Source of the DNA: an uncultured virus (IMG/VR IMGVR_UViG_3300048836_000122)
Lineage: Duplodnaviria > Heunggongvirae > Uroviricota > Caudoviricetes
Virus record (IMG/VR): IMGVR_UViG_3300048836_000122
Length of the DNA stretch: 64,000 bases
Strand: one strand, 5' to 3'
Below, one piece after another: positions 40,010 through 49,198 of the stretch; position 1 is the stretch's first letter, and the number at the start of each line of letters is the position of its first letter. The notes under the pieces were generated by a model. It worked only from the letters and a program-made list of their open reading frames with translations, was not told the origin of the DNA and did not search any database. A program made the position numbers and the translations under genes.

Positions 40010-40729
40010 ATGCAAAGAGCAATACACAAAGCAATCGGAGGATTCATCGTCTTGGGCGCTATCTTGTTTTTCGCTCATGGATGCATTAAGCGGCAACACA
40101 TCGCCGAAGTAAACAAACTCAAGGAGGAACTTTTTGCCAGGGACACCATGGTTCTACATGCCGACAGTATAGCGAGTATTCTTGTGAGGGATAATAAAAC
40201 ACTCAAACAGCTTACAGACAGCCTCAGCAACACAATCAAATCATATTTAGCCAACAGGCCATTGAAGCCGGAGGTAGTGACAGAGATCGTATTTGTTCCC
40301 AAGGAAAAGCACGATACAATCTATGTAGGCGACAACAAAGAGATTATTACCTATTATCCGGACGAGAACGATTGGGTTATAAAGCACCGGCTACAAACAA
40401 TGGACGAGGGGTATTATTACAACGATTGGGGCTTTAACAAGATAGGAATCGACCTGGTGATCAGCGAAACAGAATCGGGATTATATGAAGCAGCAGTCTT
40501 TGGCCCGGAGTTTGTGCAGATTAAAAAACTGGAAGTAAATGCGCTACCACGCACACAGATCAACACAGAGCGACGAAAAGGCATCACGGTAGGCGTAGGT
40601 GCGCAATTCGATTGGAAGTCACGGAGAGGCTTTCCAGTAGCCTCGGTGGGGTATAATTGGAACAAGCACTATGTGATGGTCATGGGATGGCATTCCGGGG
40701 CTGGTTTGCACTACATGAGAAGATTATGA
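40010..40729 (+). CDS. membrane-anchored protein, possible spanin/Rz-like
   Basis: N-terminal hydrophobic segment with Cys, coiled coil, C-terminal beta-strand-like VGVGAQFDW..VGYNW. Confidence 0.45.
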   Translation: MQRAIHKAIGGFIVLGAILFFAHGCIKRQHIAEVNKLKEELFARDTMVLHADSIASILVRDNKTLKQLTDSLSNTIKSYLANRPLKPEVVTEIVFVPKEKHDTIYVGDNKEIITYYPDENDWVIKHRLQTMDEGYYYNDWGFNKIGIDLVISETESGLYEAAVFGPEFVQIKKLEVNALPRTQINTERRKGITVGVGAQFDWKSRRGFPVASVGYNWNKHYVMVMGWHSGAGLHYMRRL

Positions 40730-41080
40730 CGGAGGAGGATTACAGGAGGATAGGTTTTGCCGTAGCTCAAGTGATTGCCAAGAGCGATATTACATTAAAC
40801 GAATACATTACATTATCATACATGTATTACAAGGGAGGAGCATCAAGCAAAACGGTACATGGTATTTACCAGGGAGCATTGTTTTTGAATTTGGAAAAGA
40901 AAAAGTATGTGCAGCCTTATGGGACATGGATGAAAATAAGCAAGAACGGTCATAAGTTATTGCTTGATATTCATAACAAGGCCATGCACCTATCCTCAGA
41001 GGTAGAAAAAACAGATTTCGTAGATTAAAAAAGTTGTATATTTGTCATGGAATTGATTAATCACCCCAAAAAAACAAAAC

Positions 41081-41554
41081 ATGAAGTATCGAATTCTAAT
41101 GATCGTAGCCGTTTTGGCGGTTGCATTGGTCGGCTGGGTATCCTCGGAGGATGATCAGACGGTCACAACCAACAGCGTCCAGTATTTTGACGCTCTTGTA
41201 AGCGTCGATGACGCAGCCCCAACGTACTTGCCATGGACCAATGATGCCTTGAAGAAAGGAACAGGTTATTGGCTGATTAATTTGGCTAAAGGCGCTGTTG
41301 CTGCGGATACGGCCAAACTGGTAACGGTTATCGTCCAACAGTCCGCACAGACTGAACCATTACGAGGCGTTACTCAGCGATGGTACAATACGGATACGAT
41401 AACAGTCCTTTCAGGTAAATTTGGAGAAACTCCGTCCACATGGAATGGTTCTTACACGCACACAATGTCCGGCAGAGAGGTTAGACTTGCACTTGTAGCC
41501 TCCGATTCAGTCCGAGTAACGGGTACTGTAGATTTCGTTTACAGGCCGGATTAG
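41081..41554 (+). CDS. secreted beta-rich protein
   Basis: Signal peptide MKYRILMIVAVLAVALVG; TATATTTG box at 41037. Confidence 0.6.
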   Translation: MKYRILMIVAVLAVALVGWVSSEDDQTVTTNSVQYFDALVSVDDAAPTYLPWTNDALKKGTGYWLINLAKGAVAADTAKLVTVIVQQSAQTEPLRGVTQRWYNTDTITVLSGKFGETPSTWNGSYTHTMSGREVRLALVASDSVRVTGTVDFVYRPD

Positions 41555-41556
41555 AA

Positions 41557-41769
41557 CTACCTTAGCACCTTTTTTTGAGAAGAGGATCCGGAGGGGTCCT
41601 CTTTTTTATTTACACTGCCCTGCTTTATTATTCCAATCATAATTCCTATTTCCTCAGACAATCGCATTTCAGTGTTAGCTGTTGGTTGTCCACTACGATC
41701 ATCCACGGAGTCGGAGCGGTCGTCCATGTAGTCTTGTAGCTCAAAGAGCAATTCTAATAGTCCATTCAT
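41557..41769 (-). CDS. hypothetical protein
   Basis: Short ORF downstream of the recombinase; ATG taken at MNGLL. Confidence 0.4.
   Translation of the reverse strand: MNGLLELLFELQDYMDDRSDSVDDRSGQPTANTEMRLSEEIGIMIGIIKQGSVNKKEDPSGSSSQKKVLR
41575..41612. terminator. bidirectional terminator between convergent operons
   Basis: aagaggatcc ggag gggtcctctt stem with a T-run. Confidence 0.55.
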
Positions 41770-41770
41770 G

Positions 41771-42274
41771 TTACAAAGTTTGATAAACGTTTTCAATTAC
41801 TTCATCAGTAAGTCCGATATACCTGCGAGTAGTTTTCTCGCTGTCATGGTTAAGAAGGTGAGAGGCTACGGTGATCCCGTGCTTTCTATAAACTTCCTTG
41901 GCAAAGGTCTTTCGCAGGAAGTGAGTGGACTGTTCAGGCAGTTTAAGTTTAGCCTGGATAGCCTTTATCCGGTGGTTAGCTCCTTGGATGGTTAGCCGTT
42001 GACCTGGCTTTCTTTTCGGATGCAAAATGTATCCATTTCCGGAGTGAGATTGGAGAATTTTCCGTAACTTGTGGTTCACGGTGATGATTGCTGTCTTGCC
42101 GGTTTTCTGTTCTTTGACAACAATCTTATCTTCGAAAATATCCTCCCACCGGAGATTGGACACATCGCTGAACCTCCTTCCGGTGTACAGCATAAGAGCG
42201 AATAAGAGCTGGTCTTGTCCATCGAGCATATCGAGGCATTGCTCGGCATGGTTAAAGTCTATGGGCGTGGTCAT
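41771..42274 (-). CDS. small tyrosine recombinase (catalytic domain only)
   Basis: YTGRRFSD (R), EQKTGK (K), THFLRKT (HxxR), LNH (H), TRRYIG (Y). Confidence 0.9.
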   Translation of the reverse strand: MTTPIDFNHAEQCLDMLDGQDQLLFALMLYTGRRFSDVSNLRWEDIFEDKIVVKEQKTGKTAIITVNHKLRKILQSHSGNGYILHPKRKPGQRLTIQGANHRIKAIQAKLKLPEQSTHFLRKTFAKEVYRKHGITVASHLLNHDSEKTTRRYIGLTDEVIENVYQTL

Positions 42275-42459
42275 TCAGTTACAAATGGCTGGTTAATTGA
42301 ACGAGTAGTCTTAGCGGCCTACTCATACCGCTAAATAAGCTGTTTGCATTTCATACATACCGTTCCTCCGCCAAATGTGGATTCTTGATCCTTCCAAGGA
42401 TGGACGCAATCCGATTTGCTAACAGCAGTTTGGCAAGATGCACGTTCCATTGTAAGTTT

Positions 42460-42813
42460 TCATGATTTTCTGATTCTAAATACAAACTCAACATCCCCGG
42501 AGGTGTCACCTAAGATACAAGCAGTTTCACCGATTATGACAATTACCTTCTCACCATCGGCCATATTATCACATATATAAGTGTGAATATACTCCTGCAT
42601 AGCGTCTGAATAGCCTTCGGTTTCAGTCCGAATCTTAAAGTTGATTTTGACCTTTCCGATAGCCAAAACAATTACGCCATCACGATTGACTATGGCGCCA
42701 GGCACATAATCCCAATCATCTTTGGTTTCATTCAAAATACCAGTAATATCCCAAGCCTGAGAATATCCGGCACAAGAGGCCAGCATAAGAATTGCAAATA
42801 ATAACGTTTTCAT
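42460..42813 (-). CDS. secreted hypothetical protein
   Basis: MKTLLFAILMLASCAGYSQ signal-like start. Confidence 0.5.
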   Translation of the reverse strand: MKTLLFAILMLASCAGYSQAWDITGILNETKDDWDYVPGAIVNRDGVIVLAIGKVKINFKIRTETEGYSDAMQEYIHTYICDNMADGEKVIVIIGETACILGDTSGDVEFVFRIRKS

Positions 42814-43010
42814 ACAGAATAGTTTAGCCACAAATCTACGACATTTTGCGCAGACTTGTGGCGATTAGAGTGAAATATACCTTATTTATGGTAGTGGAAT
42901 CTGCATCTCTGTGTAAATTACATAGAAGATCAGCAGAAAACCGGCCAACATAAACCACTTGGTCCATTTTGACTTCTTCTCCCAAAGGAATAGGCCTATA
43001 CAGATAATCA

Positions 43011-43565
43011 TCATAGCAAAGTATGCCATTGTATTGAAGGTTTGTTGTTAATAAATCTTTTCCATTCCAGTGATCCGGACAATTGATCCTCGGTAAGGTC
43101 AATTAGTTCGATAGGTGTCAATAGGGTTGAACAGAAGTTCAGCATTTTCTGAAAGTCACTATAAACCGCCACGGGTTTATCGTAATCAAACAGGACGTAC
43201 AAGATGTTTTCACGGATATTTCGTTGAGCGATGGTTAGCTCGAAATATTCAGAAATTGAATCTTCAGGGAAATAGTGAAGTTGCCCGGTCGGATCCATTA
43301 CGCAAAAGTCAGCATCATCAATCAGGTAGTAGTAATTACCAGCTACCAGGTTAACAGCAGATTTCTTGCAAAGGATGTGCGAGGTGCCCATTTGATCAGG
43401 GTGCAGGTATTGCACTCCAACACTGCGATTTTTCTCATAGGGCGTAACCATAGGCACCGGATATCGACCGTTTATCGGTTGCAGCCGGGATATTTGGTTC
43501 AACACAACATCTTGAATAGCTTCTTCTTTGGTCTTAAATTGACCATTGGTAGTTGAATAAATCAT
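43011..43565 (-). CDS. hypothetical protein
   Basis: 184 aa, coupled to the ligase gene. Confidence 0.5.
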   Translation of the reverse strand: MIYSTTNGQFKTKEEAIQDVVLNQISRLQPINGRYPVPMVTPYEKNRSVGVQYLHPDQMGTSHILCKKSAVNLVAGNYYYLIDDADFCVMDPTGQLHYFPEDSISEYFELTIAQRNIRENILYVLFDYDKPVAVYSDFQKMLNFCSTLLTPIELIDLTEDQLSGSLEWKRFINNKPSIQWHTLL

Positions 43566-44152
43566 AGTTTATAATTTAAGGTAGGTTTACGAAATTTTAA
43601 CATTCCTTCGGTATGTTTATCCGGAGAAGTTCCGTATCTTAGCGGCGCGGAAAGCTTCTTAACAACAAGTCCTTCCACAACGTCGATTGCAGAGAGTCTG
43701 CAATATTCACGAACAAAATGGTCTTTGAAATTTCGGATTAATTTAATGCCATCGGATACCGGTAACACATAGTCACCGGTATCCGGTTGGCATAAGTCAG
43801 CCAGGGCCTCATATCGAGTTTGATAGGTTTCTCCGTACATATATTCGCCATCAAGCTGCAATATATCGTGCAGAGCCAAATATGTAGGGATCATGCCGGA
43901 TTCATCAGGTAGGGCCTTGTTTAAGATTTCGCCACATAGGATCGTATCACCTTTCATCAGGTGCCTACAATCCGGGACCTGAAATGTAGCGTGTTGCCTT
44001 AATCGGTTCCAGACAATGTATTCAGAACCGATAAGCTGGATAACAGCATAGGAGCCGTTCAATTTTGCCTGGGCAATGTATTTAGGATCATCCCAAGCAG
44101 ATAGATTATCCGGTGGGCATTTCTTAGTTGGTCGTGGTGGGTAGAATAGCAT
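43562..44152 (-). CDS. ATP-dependent ligase, adenylation domain only
   Basis: AKLNG (motif I), LCGEIL, LHDIL, EGLVVK; ends at MLKFR with no OB domain. Confidence 0.75.
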   Translation of the reverse strand: MLFYPPRPTKKCPPDNLSAWDDPKYIAQAKLNGSYAVIQLIGSEYIVWNRLRQHATFQVPDCRHLMKGDTILCGEILNKALPDESGMIPTYLALHDILQLDGEYMYGETYQTRYEALADLCQPDTGDYVLPVSDGIKLIRNFKDHFVREYCRLSAIDVVEGLVVKKLSAPLRYGTSPDKHTEGMLKFRKPTLNYKL

Positions 44153-44196
44153 ATAAGAGAAAATTATGGCCCGGAGCAAGTCCGGGCCAGGTGAAG

Positions 44197-44779
44197 TTAA
44201 GCATTTTTCAAAATAGTAACTGGGTTGATCACCGGATAGAGTTTTTCAGGATCGCCCCATTCTGCGAGGCGTTCGATCGCTCCTTTTTCAATATGGAAGC
44301 CAGATTTAGCCGTCAATAGATTGGCCTTATCTTCAGCAGGAATTGGTAGAGCTTCAATAGCCGCTCCAATCTGATCAATGTAGCGTTCCAAAATTTCAGA
44401 ATTGAATGAATAGACTACTTTTTCAGTCGCCACAGTTCGTCCGGCCAGGTTATTGATAAACTTTGCCTGGTTTTCATCCAGGACCGGATAACGATCTGTA
44501 GGTATGAATTGGAGCGTTTCTCCATCATCGGAGCGAAAGCGGATACTGCCAGGGTGACGACCGATAGATTTGTATTCCTTGAGATACTTATCAGTTACGA
44601 CCGTTTTGATTTCCGCTGCCAGTTCAGACGTTTCAGCTTCAAATTTAGCGGTCTCTTTTTTCAACTTTGCCCATCTTGATAGGATAAAGTTGAAACGTTC
44701 ACCGTGGACGGTTAGATACTCTTTCGGAGATCCTTTGGAGTTTGATTTTGCGACCTTCGCCGCTGCAAAAATAGACATA
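44197..44779 (-). CDS. hypothetical early protein
   Basis: ATG at MSIFAAAK behind an aaaattttct translation-initiation region. Confidence 0.55.
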
Positions 44780-44797
44780 TAGAAAATTTTAATGGTT

Positions 44798-44846
44798 AGC
44801 ACCCTGCCCGGTAACGATCCGGGAATGCCTCCGACAGGTCAGGGTT
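44798..44846 (-). ncRNA. tRNA-like (acceptor stem + T-arm) element, copy 1
   Basis: Minus strand: accctg...cccgg ATCGTTA ccggg cagggt. Confidence 0.5.
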
Positions 44847-44851
44847 GAAGG

Positions 44852-45118
44852 TTAGAAGTGCGATAACAAGTCAGGGAATGAAGATCCTTGCGTATCAACA
44901 GCAAATAAAAAATAATCATTTTGCGTATTGTCAACGATCAACGAAAAGCGAACCACATCGGCACATCCAGCAAGGATAGTTTCAACATATTCAATTGGAG
45001 CAAAGGAGCCAATATCACTAAGGTACTTGGACTTATTTGAATTGGTTTGAGTTACTTTGTACCTACCTGAATTACGCAGCCAGCGAAATTTAATACCAGT
45101 TACATTTTGAGTTCTCAT
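44852..45118 (-). CDS. hypothetical protein
   Basis: 88 aa ORF. Confidence 0.5.
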   Translation of the reverse strand: MRTQNVTGIKFRWLRNSGRYKVTQTNSNKSKYLSDIGSFAPIEYVETILAGCADVVRFSLIVDNTQNDYFLFAVDTQGSSFPDLLSHF

Positions 45119-45120
45119 GA

Positions 45121-46071
45121 TTAATCCTTTGTAGAGTTAAAAATAGGCATAGCCAAAGCGATCATGCCTGGTTTACGAATTACAGCAGCACGATTGGAAG
45201 CAGATACTTCAAATTCTGTTCCGAGTTCAGCGACCTTCTTAAAGATTTCAGAGTTAAAACCAATCGTAGGCAGTCCGGGAGCCGGGATTGAGATTTCAAA
45301 GCCAAGTTCAATATCAGACATGGTAAAAACGCCTTCGTCGATATAGAACCGTTTTAGGTTATTGTCGATTAAACAAGGCAGAACCGGACCAAATTCATAC
45401 TTTGTATCCACCGGAGCGGGAATTACATCCTGAACTTGCGGATACTTCCCTTCGCATTGGCGAAAAGTTAGATCGTATTCATCTGAATAGAAACATCCAT
45501 GTGTTTCATTATTCGCAAGTTCGTTTGTGGCTAATTTGCAGACGTTCTGCGGAATGATAATTGCACCAGGGTAACAATGGTCAGTAAACCATACAAGCGC
45601 ATAACAGTCAGTAGCACATGATCCGTTTGCACCTAAAAATACCCCAGTTAATTGTGGTCGGAGTTGATCTTTGCTTACAAACTTACTTAGTGTTTGAATT
45701 TTTGCAGGATCCACCGGGTGACGGTCTGAATCAATTGGGTCAAAAGTTGGCCAAATAGGTAGGCCATCATCATCATCGGTTGGTGCAGTTGAAACAGTCA
45801 CCGATCCGTTTCCGGTCAAAATAAGTTGACCATCGGCAAACGTCACCACCGGTTCCGGGATAAGGGTAAGAGCAGTCGTTAATTGCTTTATATCAACAAT
45901 AACGGACATATCCGGCCAGGTAGATTTGAACCTTCCGAGATACTGAGATTGGAGGTCAGTCGCTTGAATAGTTCCGGCACCACCGGAAATGTTAATCCAT
46001 ACTTGACCGTCTATGTATGGGATAACTGAATTTTTGGATACCAATTGGCACCGTTTTAAATGTTTGAGCAT
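45121..46071 (-). CDS. dnaN: DNA polymerase III beta sliding clamp-like protein
   Basis: ATDL, SKDQLRPQLTGV, ATDCYAL, EGKYPQVQDVIP, IGFNS, ALAMPI motifs. Confidence 0.85.
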   Translation of the reverse strand: MLKHLKRCQLVSKNSVIPYIDGQVWINISGGAGTIQATDLQSQYLGRFKSTWPDMSVIVDIKQLTTALTLIPEPVVTFADGQLILTGNGSVTVSTAPTDDDDGLPIWPTFDPIDSDRHPVDPAKIQTLSKFVSKDQLRPQLTGVFLGANGSCATDCYALVWFTDHCYPGAIIIPQNVCKLATNELANNETHGCFYSDEYDLTFRQCEGKYPQVQDVIPAPVDTKYEFGPVLPCLIDNNLKRFYIDEGVFTMSDIELGFEISIPAPGLPTIGFNSEIFKKVAELGTEFEVSASNRAAVIRKPGMIALAMPIFNSTKD

Positions 46072-46090
46072 TACAGAAAATTTTAAAAGT

Positions 46091-46140
46091 TAGTACCCTG
46101 AACGGAATCGAACCGTTTAAACTTCCGGCAAGTCAGGGTA
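46091..46140 (-). ncRNA. tRNA-like (acceptor stem + T-arm) element, copy 2
   Basis: Minus strand: taccctg actt-gccgg-aagt tta aacgg TTCGATT ccgtt cagggta. Confidence 0.55.
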
Positions 46141-46146
46141 AAGAGT

Positions 46147-46425
46147 TTATATAAAAAACTCCATTAACTCATAATCACCGTCGATCAGAGCATTTTCAAG
46201 CATGCATTCCCGGTCCGGATCGCTATAATTAGCGTTCGATCGAAGCCATTCAATTGACTTTCCGGTTTCTTCTGCATAGTAAAACCAATCAGCACTACTA
46301 AACATATCGCAGTTACTTGTCAAAAAATCTTCCAGTGCTTCCTGTGATTGACGAACAGCAGCCTGGTCCTGTTCTTTATAACGAGCCTGATTAAATATGG
46401 CATCGTGTAAATGTATTTCAGACAT
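46147..46425 (-). CDS. acidic hypothetical protein
   Basis: 92 aa, D/E-rich. Confidence 0.5.
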   Translation of the reverse strand: MSEIHLHDAIFNQARYKEQDQAAVRQSQEALEDFLTSNCDMFSSADWFYYAEETGKSIEWLRSNANYSDPDRECMLENALIDGDYELMEFFI

Positions 46426-46583
46426 GATAAAGGTTTTTAAAAGTTATTCAGGAGTATCTTCAAACTCTTTTCGAGCCACATAAGCAGCGAATCCAAAGGT
46501 TATGATACATAGGACAAGCCCCAAAGGGAAATATGCCGTCCTGGTCAAAAAAAACAGACCGACAAAGATTAAGATTAGAGTTC

Positions 46584-46772
46584 TCATGGTTTATAGTAGT
46601 CATCAGATTTAAGAAATTGGTTCCAATCATCCTGAGTATTATTCAAGCAAGAGTTAAATTCATCTTTGCTTAACCGGATAGTGCGGTATTTACTTCCGGT
46701 ACTTGTGCGAAGGGTAAACGTCCGTCTAGAATAATTTGGCTTTGCATCAATTGTGCGAATTTTGGGTCTCAT
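46584..46772 (-). CDS. hypothetical protein
   Basis: 62 aa ORF in the early operon. Confidence 0.45.
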   Translation of the reverse strand: MRPKIRTIDAKPNYSRRTFTLRTSTGSKYRTIRLSKDEFNSCLNNTQDDWNQFLKSDDYYKP

Positions 46773-46900
46773 GGTTATTTGTTATGGAGGTGACAAAAAG
46801 AGTTTTTAGAGCGATTCCGGCACCGGTTCGGCCGCTCAAGTTAAAAGCGACCATTAAAAATAAGGATACAAATAGAGTTTTCATAATAGAAATTTTAATG

Positions 46901-46948
46901 ATTAAGACCCTTTTCAGGGTTTCGGCTATTCAAGCCTCCTCAGTTAAC
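46901..46948 (-). ncRNA. type I hammerhead ribozyme
   Basis: Minus strand: gttaa CTGAGGA ggct-tgaat-agcc GAAA ccc-tgaaaa-ggg TC ttaat; complete core and stems I-III. Confidence 0.8.
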
Positions 46949-47293
46949 CTCTTTGCAGTATTCCCTAAGATCATCCACCGTATCACAGTCGGCCTCGTTT
47001 AAAAATTTTTCGCCAAAAATATAAGCCAACATATTAACGGTTGCCTCGCTATTTTTATAAAACTTACTTTGTCCAAAATTTTCAACTTCATAATCTTGGC
47101 AAATTTGAATTGCCTCAAAGGCATCAAATTTATGTTCAACCAACCAATCGGAGGCATTCCCATATCCTACGATATAATAATCTTCATTAAATGCGTGGTA
47201 ATGCCATTCGTCACGGTTATCGTCCGTCAATACACGATCAGAGATCAGATCTAAGAGGTAGGCTGCGAGTTCTTGTTTAATGCTGTTTTTCAT
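46940..47293 (-). CDS. acidic first early protein
   Basis: 117 aa from ATG 47293, behind a TATCTTTG box at 47324-47331. Confidence 0.6.
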   Translation of the reverse strand: MKNSIKQELAAYLLDLISDRVLTDDNRDEWHYHAFNEDYYIVGYGNASDWLVEHKFDAFEAIQICQDYEVENFGQSKFYKNSEATVNMLAYIFGEKFLNEADCDTVDDLREYCKEVN

Positions 47294-48253
47294 GATGAAA
47301 GGTTTAAAAGTGATTTGATAATGCAAAGATATAGATATTGTACGAATTTTGCGCAGAAATATTTAAAAATAATCAAAGAAATCTTATCTTTACGAATAAT
47401 TCAATCCATAAGGACAAGGCAATCAACAAGATAAATAGATCAAATTAAAAGAAAAAAAATATATAGAAATCGTCACAATTTCACAGAACCAATCTATTTG
47501 CCATCCACTCCATACACAACTCCTTAATATACACCATATCTATACTCCTTATATTGATACCAATTCCTCATGTGCCTTTTTTGCAACAAACACGACGTGG
47601 GCAGACCGAACCACACACCACCACATAGACCACATCTATCGTAGCCCACAGATCATAGATGGAATCTATTTGGAGCGGTTTAGTTACTTTCGTTTTTGAT
47701 AAAAGTGAAAGTAGTGCAGAGTGCGTAACAAGTTGATAAATAGTTGATTAGCGATATAGATCTGTAAGAATGCGGTAATTATGCGATATGTGACATGAAA
47801 TCGGAATTGGTGACCCCAGGGGGGCAAAAGGTTTGCGTTTTATTTCAGCTAAGGCTCCCCCCCGCACATATATATCGGCCCCACGGGAGTGGTATTAATC
47901 AATCTGGGTGTTGTATTAGGAAGGCAGAGGGAAATGTATTTCTGTCTGAGAGTATAAATCGTTGATAATGAGTGAGTGGGTAAACTTAAAGGGATATATA
48001 GATAGTGTCTATGAGAGATAAGGGAACGGGGAGTATAAAAAATGGTTAAAAAGAGGGGGTTTTCGGAATAAGTGCGTGTACTGCACGGTGGGAAAAGTTG
48101 CCTTTGGGGGTTTTGTGGGTGTATAAACTTTGCGAATATTTGGTAAATAGGGGGATAATCGGAACAAAAAAAAGTATAAGGGAAAACTACCCTAAAAGAG
48201 GTATATTTGGGGATAAGGTGAGCAAGAATAATAATAAACAGTATCTTTGAGGC

Positions 48254-48631
48254 ATGGAATACAAGGTAAAGGATCGAGTAGCAACGGACGTCTGGGGAGA
48301 CGGGGTAGTGACGATGGTAACAGAGTCGGCGGTTATTGTTGAATTTGCATCAGGGTACCGCCAGGTATTTGAGCCAGATGGGAGGTGGAATAAGAAGTGT
48401 CCGGTCAGTTTGCGGAAGACAGTTTCGTTATGGATAGAGGGGTATGTAGCGACGGGAGAAAAAGGGGAAGTACAATGTATAGGCACGTATAATGCTATAG
48501 ACATAGACGATGCAGTTAAGCAGTATATGAAGGATCATCCGAATAGCGTTGCATGGGATAGATTTGGCAGAGGGCGGCATGCTATATGGGCGAGTGAAAT
48601 ATATGATAACGAATCAGATGCAAAGTCATGA
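48254..48631 (+). CDS. hypothetical protein
   Basis: 125 aa, TATCTTTG box at 48242. Confidence 0.5.
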   Translation: MEYKVKDRVATDVWGDGVVTMVTESAVIVEFASGYRQVFEPDGRWNKKCPVSLRKTVSLWIEGYVATGEKGEVQCIGTYNAIDIDDAVKQYMKDHPNSVAWDRFGRGRHAIWASEIYDNESDAKS

Positions 48632-48856
48632 AAAAGTACACGGTACACATACATCAGGATCCAACAAACGGTGTATATTTCATTACGGTGGAAGAGCATA
48701 TTGGACTTGTAGCGTCGGGGATCGGGGAAGTGTTGGGAAAGGTAGAGGGCCGGATAAAGCAAATTGAGGACTTATTAAAATCACAAGGATACAAATTAAA
48801 ATGACACCAGGGGTCAGACTGGACTTCTTTTGGAAAAATAAATGTAAATTTGCAAT

Positions 48857-49198
48857 ATGCTAAAAGAACTATGTGCGAGAATTGAAAGTCGTCTGATGTA
48901 TGCGGACAAGATGTATCCGGGGATTGTGTATCATGCGAGTGTAACGTATGACTGCTCAGAAGTAGAATGGGCGTTAATCGTAGCGGAGTTACCGGAGAGC
49001 GGGAAAGACTATGTGTACAGTGAGCGGATGATTAATGGGGACATGGTAATGACCTGTGAGTTTGACCACGAGGTAAATGTCCGGTTAGGTCATTGGTTAG
49101 TGCCGGTCTCTGTGCAGGTAGGCGACTTGGGCTTGGACATAGACTACTTTAGAATAAAGGACGAAATCAAAACGATGTTAACCGTAAAATCAAACTAA
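48857..49198 (+). CDS. hypothetical protein
   Basis: 113 aa, TAAATTTG box at 48845, coupled to groEL. Confidence 0.5.
   Translation: MLKELCARIESRLMYADKMYPGIVYHASVTYDCSEVEWALIVAELPESGKDYVYSERMINGDMVMTCEFDHEVNVRLGHWLVPVSVQVGDLGLDIDYFRIKDEIKTMLTVKSN

Noticed and set aside
41771..42274. Small recombinase as the missing catalytic half of the truncated array integrase
   Set aside because: It lies 13 kb away, looks like a self-contained small recombinase and is too short for an IntI-type insertion; no evidence of pairing, though action in trans is not excluded.
44798..46140. True tRNA genes
   Set aside because: About 50 nt each, no anticodon arm or full cloverleaf; reported only as tRNA-like elements.
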